DNA of 64,000 nucleotides, taken from Phoronis australis. Its lineage: Eukaryota; Animalia; Phoronida. Positions within the stretch are counted from its first letter, which is position 1; each line of letters begins with the position of its first letter. The notes beneath the pieces are model-generated. The model saw nothing but the letters and a program-made list of their open reading frames with translations. It did not search any database and was not told where the DNA came from. Below are positions 40,555-53,190 of the stretch, piece after piece. The position numbers and the translations under genes are program-made. The stretch covers positions 203,588 through 267,587 of the forward strand of contig NMRA01000271.1 in NCBI GenBank assembly GCA_002633005.1. The letters run 5' to 3'.

Positions 40555-40985
40555 CAAGGTACCTAAACTACACGGTCAACGGACTCATAAACACGGGCAC
40601 GGACGCATGAACACGTCCACTGACTCACAAACACAGGAACTGACTCACAAAACACGATCCACGCACCCAAATACAGTGTGGGACATCGACTCATATTCAC
40701 GAGGAAACACGGTTAACGGACCGCCAAACACGGGGCACGGACTCGTCAGCTTCCTGGGTCAGCTGACATCTTCATTTTGTCCGTAAACCGTGTTTGGCGT
40801 TCTGCTAACCATGTTTCCTCGTGAATATGAGTTCGTGTCCCGTGTATTTGGGTGCGTGGATCGTGTTTTGTGAGTTCGTTTCCGTGTTTGTGAGTCAGTG
40901 GACGGTGTTTGCAGGTCCGTAAGTCGTATTCATGCATCCGAGCCCATGTTTATGAGTCCGTTGACCGTGTAGTTTAGGTACCTTG
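40555..40985. mobile_element. 431-bp fold-back (almost fully palindromic) MITE
   Basis: Perfect 39-bp TIR CAAGGTACCTAAACTACACGGTCAACGGACTCATAAACA, with arm complementarity continuing to near the centre; AC flanks both ends. Confidence 0.9.
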
Positions 40986-42402
40986 ACTCAACTTCTGAAT
41001 TAGTGAAAGGGAAATTTTATATAATTGAGTGAGCTGGACAACAAGAATTGGGTCAGTATGACTGCGGCTTTCAAGGCAGCAAACATATATTCTAGGCTTC
41101 AAAGTGTAGATAACATTGAAAATNAAACAACCAAGCGGGTTTCGCAAGGAAAACAGATTGATATGCCTGTCAAGAATAATAGATTGACTCTAATTTGATC
41201 CCTAACCTGGGCTGCGATCTGTAAACTGCAAGACATTGACTGGCGCTTGTGCCGAAAAATCTACGCTCATGATACACAAACAGTGACTTCAATCCCAGAA
41301 TTCAACACTCCAACCTCGCTGACCAATCAATTCAGTAGACACCATTTTAAGCTCCTGAGCATACTCTTGAAACACTCGAGTTTTTTTGTATGTTTTTGCG
41401 AGGTCTTGCAAGATCTTGCTTTTATGGCAAGGATCTAAGTCTACGGAATGATCTACAAATGCAGTGAAAGTTGACCACCTTGTGTTAACACCCAGTGTAA
41501 ACTAATGATTCTTCAATCCCATTGCTGTTTTCATCATCTAGCAAACTACCAGTATCTGATTTCTTGGAAAAGAAAGATATCAAAATTCATACAGAAGTCG
41601 ATGACCTTTGTAACAGAGAAGCATTCACGTAGAAACCTGCAAAGCATCAACAAATTTTACTGAAAGTTCAAGAATTTTCAATTAACATAAATGAACAAAG
41701 ACACTGGCTAGACTGGATAACATACTCCAACTTAACATATTCTGTACAGGAAATCCACCATAGTTTAAAACAAATAACCCAAACCATTCACACTTAAGTA
41801 TTAAACAAAATACCTTACATTACCCAGGCAATTTCTTCCTCTATTGAATACCAAACTATAAAGCAGTGCATCCATTTATTACCATAGAGAAACACGGAAG
41901 ATAATCAGTTCAGATTATGAGCACTGAGGAAATCAATAAAGCATTGAAACAGTCTTCCATGCTGGGTCTGTGCCTCAAGTTCTAGCTATGCAGAATGTTA
42001 AAATCAAACCAGCTTCTAGATATTTGAGTACAAAAATGCCAGCATCGCCTGGCATCAGGAGAACCTTGAAATCCGATCATACTCAAGAATGTGTGGTGGT
42101 GCGAGGTTTTACTATAGTAACCACCACACCGATGGAAATGAACAACTGCCAAGTTCACAGACCCCTTCGGAATCGAAGGTCAATTTGGGAGACAACATGG
42201 TCCAGGATGTCACCTGACAATTTAATCAGATGAAATCAGTCCAAATTCAAAAGACGTGCTTTCAGTTTATCTAACCAGCTGCATAATGCATCAATTATTA
42301 GTAATGTTCTTATCATCTGGAGGCAAGGTCAATAGAACGGGTTGTTACCACTATAAGACTGAACATGAGCCACACCAAACATCCAGTGGCAACCTGCACT
42401 AC

Positions 42403-42833
42403 CAAGGTACCTAAACTACACGGTCAACGGACTCATAAACACGGGCACGGACGCATGAACACGTCCACTGACTCACAAACACAGGAACTGACTCACAAAA
42501 CACGATCCACGCACCCAAATACAGTGTGGGACATCGACTCATATTCACGAGGAAACACGGTTAACGGACCGCCAAACACGGGGCACGGACTCGTCAGCTT
42601 CCTGGGTCAGCTGACATCTTCATTTTGTCCGTAAACCGTGTTTGGCGTTCTGCTAACCATGTTTCCTCGTGAATATGAGTTCGTGTCCCGTGTATTTGGG
42701 TGCGTGGATCGTGTTTTGTGAGTTCGTTTCCGTGTTTGTGAGTCAGTGGACGGTGTTTGCAGGTCCGTAAGTCGTATTCATGCATCCGAGCCCATGTTTA
42801 TGAGTCCGTTGACCGTGTAGTTTAGGTACCTTG
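42403..42833. mobile_element. Same fold-back MITE within the duplicated segment
   Basis: Apparently identical to 40555-40985 with identical flanks. Confidence 0.9.
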
Positions 42834-45800
42834 ACTCAACTTCTGAATTAGTGAAAGGGAAATTTTATATAATTGAGTGAGCTGGACAACAAGAATTGGG
42901 TCAGTATGACTGCGGCTTTCAAGGCAGCAAACATATATTCTAGGCTTCAAAGTGTAGATAACATTGAAAATGTGTGATACATTAAGTAACTGTTAGGTTT
43001 TGTTTGATTAAGATATTTGCAACATAGCTATGGTTATTTTTGCAAAATGCCACCTGTGTTCTTGTGCTAAGACTGCTTACGGTTATGTAGAACCACATTG
43101 GTAATTCTATGTATTTAGTCAAATATCTGCATAATTGCATTCTAGGGTGCAACGGAGGACATTCGATGAGTTTGTCGGATTTTCGCTTCAGGTACCTCCT
43201 TAATTCCTTTTCGACTTTTGCCAAACTATGTGTCCTTTGTAGGAGCCGGAACATTTTGCCCATCCCCCCACATGAGGCTTCCTTGTTTTGTTGACCTCAG
43301 TTTCCAATTATCTCCAACCTTATTTAGTGGCCTCTATTCTAACTCGTACATCAAAAAAATTAAGCTTTGTCAACTAGTAAAAGTATATTTTTTGAAAGAA
43401 AAAAGATTTCAGAATATGAAAATACTTTTTGTATTAATGTGCCAATATCATTTTTACGTATAAACCTTTTTTAAGTCAAAATTTTATTTTTAAGAAAGGT
43501 ACATTCATAGCAAAATAACCCCTTGGGTCATTTTTAATGAAACTTTTTTAAATGAAAACTTCACCAGTTACCTCAAAAACGTTGTTAGGTATTAGTATTT
43601 TCATTTGGTTTCTATGGCAAATCAACTCGCAAAACGTAAGGTATCTTTGTAAAAAACAGAAATCGTCTTTGTTACATTACGCAAAAAATAAGCCTTTATA
43701 TCGAAAATCCTAACAGCGTAGTTTCAGCAAAATCCACCGAGATCTCGTGTTCCTAAGTTAAAATAAAGTCGATATGCCAAAGCCGAGAAAAAGCTGATTA
43801 AACTAGGACGAGTGAAAATCTCAAATTATTCGGTGAAAACTTGTTTTCAGTACACATGACCTATACAAGCCTTAAATATGTTCACTATTTCAACATTCAC
43901 TCGCAATGTCAACTGATTTTGAAGTGCGTAATTAACTTAATTATCATCAAAATGTACTGTTCCCAGTTAACTCTTACTGTTGTTTGCAACCTATTTGACC
44001 TAATTTTATATAAATAGGTCACAGTTCACATAGCCTGTGCATGTCAAGTGCTGGGAGACTGATACGAAACCAAGTAAGAAATGGATAACAAAAATCCAAT
44101 CGGTGGTTAAAGCATGTCGTTAGCATAAGATCGAAACACTGAAATGTCAATTTATTAATTGAATGAAGCAATTAGGGTGAGGATTTATCTCTTTTCACAA
44201 CTTGCTGTGTTCATGACCACAGAGGCCTGAGGCAACCATAGCATTCGTTCTCAACGCCAACAGTCATATGCATGTACACGCACAACTCCCTTAGAATCAA
44301 AACGTTTTGTCTTTTCTTTCCCGAACACCATTCAACCATAAATACACCACGTTGACTCAATGTTATGGCAATTTTGTGAATGAAAGGTATAGGAAGCTGT
44401 TCTGTACCTGGCGGGAGATTCGCTTTGATTGAAAGCCCTTTAACCTTTGACCTTGGATAAGTAGTAAACAAATATCCACAGGGTTGTGTGGTTCCAAGGT
44501 GGTTCTGTTAAAATTTTTTTCTTGCTACGCAGTACATATTTTGTATTTGAAGTTCCCTAAGAATGAAGATAAGGTATTTCACTAGACACGTGAAATATTG
44601 TAAAAATGGCCATTTTTGTGAATAAGCTTTGAGATAACCTTAAGCGACCTGGGAATTTTTGTCAGGTATGCTAAGCTTGGAGACTGGAGCAATGTGAATA
44701 ATTCATAAACGACACTCAGTAGCCTTTTGTAAAAAGTACAACTAGGGTCATCTTACCTGAAACAGTCCACTGGTTATTCAAAGCAGTGCATGCCCAGTCA
44801 CTCATGCAGAGGACAAGGCATCCCCTGTCCTTATTAACTGAGTGTAAACCAATACCCTAACTGACAAGTCCTGAAAGAGTTCATTAATGAACAAGTCTCT
44901 TAACACTGTGTCAATTAGCATTTAAAGCAAACACAGTGATGAGAAAAATAATGTGTCTGGCCTGCAATTAAAATAAATAAGCTACTTGAGAAGTGACAAG
45001 AAAAGTCAAGTGATGCCTCTGCTCTATGTCAGGCTACAGCTACTGGAGTAGAGGCAGTAGGATTAAGTACCTATTGTTCTCTGCAAATTTCAGTTTGTAT
45101 TGTCTACATGGTGGCATGTGGAGTCCCGCTGTGTGCACTGAGTGATCCCGTGCCCAGTGCACCGAATGAACTTGTGGCCACTAGGAGATGCAAAAACAGT
45201 AACAATAACAAGGATGAATTCACCAGCTGTGTCATATTAAAGGCAACAGTGATGTAGTGGTGAGGGTTTCATCTGTGATACACAATGATATGAGGGTAAT
45301 AAGTTAGTCCAAACAAATGCCTTTGATAAAACCAAGCTCTGTAATAACTTCTGTTCACACACATAACCCCTATGATATAATATGTGAGTCAAAGTTAATA
45401 TGCAGACTAGACAATGATGAAACAAATATCAAATCAATTCCTGCCAGAAGTGCCCTATGTTTGCTATGGTCGATGCTATGCATATGATATTGTTTCAAAG
45501 CTCCGCAGTTGGTGGGCATCTCCAGACACTATTAATAACTCCTAGTTCTGATTTCAACTTTCCTCTTATGCAAAGATAGAAAAGCGCATTGCAACGATGA
45601 CCTACTTGTTAAAAGCTAATACACTTCTAAGCCGAGCGAAGAATGAGTTCTAGAGCCCCACTCATCTTTCAGTTTTTGTATCAACGTACTTTATATCCAC
45701 TTCGTTGCTATATGTAGTGTTTCAAACTAATATGACCAAGTAATCGCAGAGACAAGGTATTAGCATGCAACTTCCACCTTAAGCTAAACTGTCAGTTTTT

Positions 45801-48800
45801 ATCGCACATGTCTTTAAAGTGATTTCACCCACAAACCCAGTGCAAACCAATTTAATTAAAGACCCCAATATAAACAGGGAGGGGGAGGAGTGTGTAGACT
45901 CATTACCCCCACTCTAAATACTACAAGAGATAAAAACACTAGACCCAGGTGTATAGTACACTGAAATGTTACTACTTCCAGCTAATCACCGAGGTCATAA
46001 AGTTGGTGACCATGCATATCAAAAGGACATGGCAAAATGAAAGTACATTGAACCTCCATCGACAAAGGGCATAAATTTCTGACACCCTACTATCAGGGAG
46101 AGGTTAGTGTGAGGCCAAGAACATTGCCTAAGCAAGGATTACCTATTTACATTCAATATCAGGTAATGACATGTCCACAGCTGATATGTTATCACTTGAC
46201 AAAACCAACACCTCAAGCCCATCCACACTGGAAGCCAAGAATGATACAGCTAAAGTTAACATGTTATGCCACTAAGTATCAAGAGGGACACAGCATGCTG
46301 GAAGTGGTAAACATTTCAAATCTCTCACACCTAGTGCCTCAGAGGAATGCTGAATAGGAGGGGTGCATAGTCGAGGCTTAAGTCTTGCACGTTTGACAAG
46401 CTCATGTGAGATCAAGTTACTGCAAAATCTCGTGCTCAGTGAGTAAGCTCGCAAACCTTAGAGCATTCACTAGCAAAATTATCTTTACAGAAATTGATTG
46501 CACGCTACATCAAAATTTTGAATTATGGGTGAAAAAGTTCTCTCTAATCCAGAATAACCACTATTTCCTTTATATAAGCCAATATTTCTTGCCATGAGTG
46601 TCTCAAATGCGACATTTGAGAAAGAACACAACCTCAGGTGTTTCACAGACCTCAAGACGTTAGCGTGCACTAGCAGCAAAATTTCTTCAATTATGGAACG
46701 GAAAAAGTGACTTCAACCCCACAATGCAACATTCCAACCTCACCGACCAACCACTTCAGTGGCAGCCATTTTGCTAGGACAGGATAGTAAGCTCCCGAGC
46801 ATAATTGCAAAACGCTCGCTTTTCACTCGCGCGATAATGTGAGGTCAGCGAGATCTTTTTTCTTTCGCAAGAAACTAGGTCTAAGAAACATTCTCCTGTA
46901 CTTTCAAAGTGACATACCTTTCAGGGTGTATTTCTCTGGACACCGTTGCAAGCCGGTCGACTGTGCGAAATAGCAGACCTTGTGTCAGTCGATCACACCT
47001 TGAAGAAATTCTGAAACAAAGAGACTCTCGTCAACAAAAAACAATTTTGAGCAATATCAAATACGCAGGGCAGCAAACCTTACAACTTCTCAGATGCTAC
47101 ACAACGTTCAAGGCAAATTGTTTTGACCTGTGAAAAAACATTTCACATACTTCAGGTTAGTAAAGACACATACAAGAAGCAAGGGTTATGCTAATTTACA
47201 AAATAAGAGAATCTTAGCTAGAGGCCAAATCAGCAGAACAACAAAGGTGACCTGAATCAACGTGTACCAGAATTTCCACAAAGGAAAACAAAGTCACCCA
47301 GTGTTTGCGCAGTGCATACTGATTTGTGAAGACTAAGTGAATATACCCATAACATCAACATCCACTGACCATGATAGACAGCAAGACCAACAAACAGCCC
47401 AACAGTATTGGTAATGCTTACCAACAGTTGACAACAACCCAGTTCTGCAAGGAGGTTGGGCACAGAGGCAGCCAATGAAAATGTAGCAGACGTCAAGAAG
47501 TGAGGCCAGGCAATGGAGACGCTATCTTCAGTGGACTGGAAGAAGAATATTAGAGCAATAGAATGACTGTTAGTGAAGTTCACATACACAGTGAAATGTA
47601 CACACACCAGCAAAGAATTTGTAAGAAAATCATGAAAGTTTGGTGGGTGTTTAGTTTACCAGCTGAAGTCAATGATCACATTTACTTAATTATTTAAAAG
47701 CTTGCAACAGTAGATTGCTCAAAACCATTGCATGAACAATTTACGACTAAGACCCACTGAGAATCATTTTCAGTTGTTTACCCGACTGTAAAAAATTGCT
47801 TTCTAAAACACGCTTTGTTTTTCCACAAATCCCAAAGATGGAACACAAGTTGAAAAAACACATCATTAAAATCAATAGCAACCATAATGTAGTTACCGCA
47901 TCACAAAGAATCTAATTAGTTCCCTTTGCGCTCAATCGTCATTGCCAATGTCGACTACACCTGCACACAGACTTATGATAATCCACATCGTCTGATCAAA
48001 GAACAATGAAATAGACATCAAACAATTAAATATTTATTCAACACGGGCATATTTGGTGATCCGATCTTAACCGCAAGAGTTGAGGCGCAACCCTTTAACA
48101 ACACGACAAGATTTTTTTAGCTTCATAATGTCTCGAACATACCTAAGTAAACACATTTTTCACAAGGGCTATTACAATAAGACAGACAGTCCTACAGAAG
48201 TCTAGTAGGCTACTTACTGGCTTTGTTCAGAAGCATAGTTCATTAATCTAGTGGAACCGATTGACAGTCAAAGTTACAGTCAATTTAAGATAACTGCATT
48301 GTTTTGTTTCAGTGTTAAAACAAAGCATAAGGTTTGCATGGTGCAACAGACGTCTCCTAGCAACAATTGCTCATCTGACTTCCATATTTGTCACATTTCT
48401 CAAAAAATACCCACAGTTTGAGCCGTACTGCAAGTCAACAAACCGCATACCAAAATGGCCGAGCATTCTCTGCAATGTAGTTAACATTTGAGCCAAATAG
48501 AAGAATTTTACAACTACCAGTTTGAGACCAGAAATTAACCACTGAAGTCATGTAAGGCTTCTTGAACAAGACTGTGCATTCATCCAAATACCTTAAACAT
48601 TTTAAATTTTATCTCCATAAAAGTACACATGTTCCCAGAATAGAAAATCAGTAGAAGTTAATTTGTTCGCGCTATACCAAACTGCCAAGGATTTTATTAT
48701 GTCACCACGCCATTTTATTAAAATTTAGCAATAACGAAAAGCGAATTTATACCGAAACAGTGGCTTCAAAAACATGAAAATTTGTTTTGATTTGAATGTT

Positions 48801-49464
48801 CACGATGAAATCCCATCAACACTGTTACAGTTTTTAAATTAAATGTTTGTTAACGTTTCATGAAACTTTCAAATTTTTATTAAAAGTTGCATAATTAGGC
48901 CAATTCTTTTTTGATAGCCTCTCTTACACAAACAGATCATTTTGAAAACAATTCCCAACAGTGTTTTGGAGAACACCGCATGACTCCAAATTTAAACTCT
49001 TTTCTAGGGTCCTTTGTAAATTTAATAATTTTCGAAAATCTGTCTCCAATAAAATGTATGAAGTCATGCCCCAACAATTCCAAACCCGTTTAATTGAGCA
49101 ATAACTACGCGACAGCTCCAATAGAATGAAAAAGCAACACACAGGTCTGGCCGCAATTAGCAATCTCGCAAAGAGTGTTGCAAGATTCATAATGACAGGA
49201 AGGGTGTAAATTTGCTGAGCAGAGGCACTGAGAGGCCATTATTCACCTAGTCAGTCATCCAATCCAACCTGAGATCAACTCTTATTGTACAGGTGATTAT
49301 GTAACCTACAAGGACACACTGCTGTACATTCATATTAGCCACTCTTTGTTTCGCTGGCTTTCCTCAAATATCAGCTGATTTAAATTTATTTGCTCAAGTT
49401 CCAACTTCCCGCCTTTTGTCAATTTTTTTATTTAGCCTGCTTGATACCATTACATCGCTGTAAA

Positions 49465-49714
49465 CAGTTCTTGGAATGACCAATGACAGAAAGAGGAAAA
49501 CTTTCCAGGTGATGTATCGTTCCAAAAATAAGTAGGTTTGTATGATAGAAATATTTTTGTGATGTAAAATTTAACTGAAATAAATGTTTTTACATGAATA
49601 AAGTCAAAATAATAATAAAAAAGGGACAAGAAAGACGAAACTGGAAATCAAATAAGAGGAAGTCGAAACCTAAAAAGAGGAAATCCTCTTAATAGAAGAA
49701 AATTCCAAGCCATG
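49465..49714. mobile_element. hAT-like MITE, same family as 20367-20598
   Basis: Colinear similarity along its length (e.g. AATCAAATAAGAGGAA.TCGAAACC.AAAAAGAGGAAATCCTCTTAA) with the same termini. Confidence 0.75.
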
Positions 49715-49922
49715 TATAGAACTGGTCTCACCCTGCTCTTTCTCCCATGAGAACTGCTTTCTCGACTTCGCAAGACCTGCTCGGTGTTACTCGAAACCAC
49801 GCCAAGCACATAAAATGACTTATCGTGCCGGGTTTTGAGGAATAGAATAACAATACTTTTCCCAACCACAGAAATCACTAATCTCATTAAACGACAGATT
49901 TATAAAAACTAGTTTCAAAAAT

Positions 49923-50197
49923 GCCCTGTTCACACCAAATCAGTTTTAAACCAATCTCGGTATGAACAAGTTGTGACTTAACCACAACCCTCTGCGAGGG
50001 TGGTTTAGCGAGAAGTTATAACCATTGTGAACTTGGCAGTTGCAAAAGTTACAACTCGGTAGGTGGCGCTGCTGTCAAATCTCAGAAACAATGGCGCGCC
50101 GAGGTACTATCTGGGGTGAATCGGGACTGCACTGATGGTTAGTAACTAAAACCAAAAACTATGGTTACAACAGCTATATCTGGCAGTGTGAAAGGTA
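49923..50197. mobile_element. Degenerate Harbinger-like MITE
   Basis: GCCCTGTTCACAC...GTGTGAAAGG termini; internal AACC/GGTT subrepeats. Confidence 0.45.
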
Positions 50198-53090
50198 ACA
50201 TGACAGTGAAAACTATTGGAAGCATTACAACTGGGTTTAGTTGGTCTGAATACAGCCAGTTCAGTGACAGTCCCAATAGTCACCTAAGGCATCCAAGGTT
50301 CTCTACAAAGATGATTTGTGGCTTACAAACCAATCTGATGTCTTTGACTGTTGAACTGGCAGGGTCAATCAAGTGCAACCATTGATAAGGGTTCCAAATC
50401 ATAAATTAATTTTTTGGCATAAGTCAGATTTATAGAATGTATGAAACGTTTCCTGAGTATATACCGTAAAATTATTGATCGCAAGTTTGCTACAAGGTCC
50501 AGAAAACTACAGCGAAAAGTTGACCAACAGACTGACTTGAATACATGCTTCAGTTCGAATCACAAGCTTATGCTGGCTAAAGTTGTCCAAATCCCAACTG
50601 ATTGCTAGTACCAACCATTTACTACATAAAAAATTGCAAGTTCCTCAGAATGCAAAATTTTGTCTTTGAACGCATTTTCAGATACTTCAAATCATTTTTT
50701 CGAACCGCAATGATGACACATGTTCGTCTTACCACTATTAGGAACAGGATACAAACTGCAAATTAACTGAGGTTGCAGTCTTGGCGATATATGGTCACGC
50801 ATTACAAGCAGACCACACCAGAGTTACTCACCAGTGTTTTGACTCTACCCAACACTCACGCGCTGTTACAGCAAATAGTTTGAGGCTTGTTCGGACTTGA
50901 CTTGAGAGTCAACGTTATCTAAATCCTCTCTGGAGAATTCTTAGGAAACTATCTGAAAATCGATTGCCACCAGTGCTTGGTAACAAAATGGTTGTAGTCA
51001 CTTGAACTAGAACATTATTTATTTAATATTGAATCAATTGATAACAATCGAGACCATGTACACGATTGTTTGAAGACTATAGACTAAACCAACAAGGTGG
51101 GTTCACACCGCTATAATAACATAGAATTACGTCACTTTTTATCTAAATACATCAACACTCATAAACATCACGTCGAAAACTATATTGAGCATTATGTGCA
51201 GGCCCATTTCCCAGAATTGTCAAAAAATCTACTTTTCCAACTCACAAATCTCTCCAATTTTAGACAAAAGTAAAAGGCAAAATTTGACTTTCTTCATTTT
51301 TCAAACGTTTCTACGTTGCTGTTAACGCGTACTTCAAATCTAGTATTACAACTCTCAGCAAGTATCGCATTTGCAGACGGAAATTAAAAAAAACTGCTCG
51401 GGTTACTTACTAATACCATCTGCACTTTCAACGAACATTGCAATCAGTTTCTGTTACCGCAACGCTGTTTTCCGCAACATGAGTTTCATGCACCTGCCTA
51501 GAGCTCAATGCAACCAATTGGAAAAAATTAGTCACTTTCCCAGCGCAAATTAACTTTAGATCACTGTGAATGTTTGGCGTCTCAGTTTAACGAACAAGGG
51601 TTTCCATACAAGCCTCCAACATTTTGGACGAGCGATTTCATCAGCATAGACATAAATTTTGTGTTGTGGTGTACACAGCAACATGGTGGCCCAGGCATTT
51701 AGATGAATGTCCCCACACCTGTAAACACGCAGTTGGGTTTTCAAAAAGCTGTTTGTGCAAGCAACTTCCAAGTCTGAACTGGGCCAAGGAGCAGTTGACA
51801 GATCTGCTGTCAGCAGGTGCAGACAATCCTTGCTGTGTTGAGCGACCAGCTAAAAATACAAATCTCACCAATTTAGAACCCAGTGTGGCAAACGAGTGAA
51901 ATTTTATTCTTTTCGATAAAAGATGTGTAGCACCAAATTAACAGTTTTCCATGTTCAAGTTCTGTATCATAGCAACAACCAAATGATATTTTGAAAAATG
52001 TACACATTCACGATGGAAGGACAATTCTGGCAATTTATCAATTTGAAATTTCCTCAAATTTCAGCAAAAATAATGTCCAATTTTGACATTTTTTTCATCC
52101 ATCTTGCCAAAAATGTTCAAAATTCACTTTTGTGTTCGCTGATGACAGTTGTACTTTGTAGTTTTCAAATAATAAAGTACAATAGTCTTCTTGTTTACTC
52201 TTGTTGAAAATATTAATAAAATAAAGTTCCAATGTTCCGTCATAATGCGTTCTAATTGAAAGAAACTTCACCATATTTTTGTCCAAAATTGATGAGGTTG
52301 TATAATATATGCGTGAATGGTCAAAGGAAATGAACCCTTGCTTTACCTGGGCCACAAACGAGTAAAAATAATACTATGCTAATGTATAGCAGGAACTGAA
52401 TGACAACGCTATTTGAACATCATCTACACTAAACGAAGTGTAGTTGTATTCAATGACAAGTTGTAAATGTGAAAACAAACAATTCTGCAAATAAGTGACC
52501 TTTGCACTAATGACCTACCTTTGGGGCTCACATAACCCGCATCATGCAGTATTATTCCCCAACACCAAATCATGACACTTACTGGATACGGTTGAGTGAT
52601 TTACGACGGATCATTTTCTACGTAAAACTCCTTCGTAAAATTATTTGGCAATTTTGAATCGACTTCATATTCATGTCCTCTCTATATGTTGTGTTTCAAC
52701 TAATTCGACCATACAATCACAGAGATAAGGATATAAGGAATTAGCAAGTTCCACTAATGCAAAACCAAAAGTGACACATGTGCCAGTTCAATGATACCCC
52801 CCCCCTGATATCTCTTACGTAAATATATGGAACAAAAGAACAATAACTATTATCCAGATAGCAATCAATTTTCCAGACTTCAGGGCTGTTATCTTTGGTG
52901 ACTATTTAGTGCATGTACCTTATTTTTACTTTAGAAGGACTTCCCAGTGTGTGGTTATAATTCACCCTCCTTGGAGTAAGAGATTTTTGTGAGTGGTAAC
53001 ATTTTTTTCCGTGCTTGATAAGTGTTTTGTCAAGTGAGATAGCAAGTTCTGCTTCGGTTCGGAGAAACAGTTGCGTAGACTGTGGGGTAA

Positions 53091-53190
53091 TGGTCGGATA
53101 CAACGTGCCCGAATTTTGAGGACCAGTTGTCTCCCCTGAGTACCGGGCATCAAACTGGTTCTCAAATTACGGGCACGTTATATTCGACTA
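53091..53190. mobile_element. ~100-bp hairpin MITE family (also 33353-33454 and partial 24103-24165)
   Basis: Arms GTCGGATACAACGTGCCCGAATTTTGAGGACCAGTT / AACTGGTTCTCAAATTACGGGCACGTTATATTCGAC around a ~22-nt loop. Confidence 0.75.

Larger units (their letters stand above)
39304..42971. repeat. 1.8-kb tandem duplication joined at a single N (probable uncollapsed alleles)
   Basis: 39304-41123 vs 41125-42971, near-identical with scattered SNPs and small indels; N at 41124. Confidence 0.9.

Noticed and set aside
40122-42785. Duplicated small ORFs suggesting a tandem gene pair
   Set aside because: They arise from the N-joined duplication and the palindromic MITE.
47257-47613. Minus-strand ORF with SVPNLLAELG, reminiscent of a LINE ORF2 tail
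   Set aside because: Single short motif with no flanking RT similarity.
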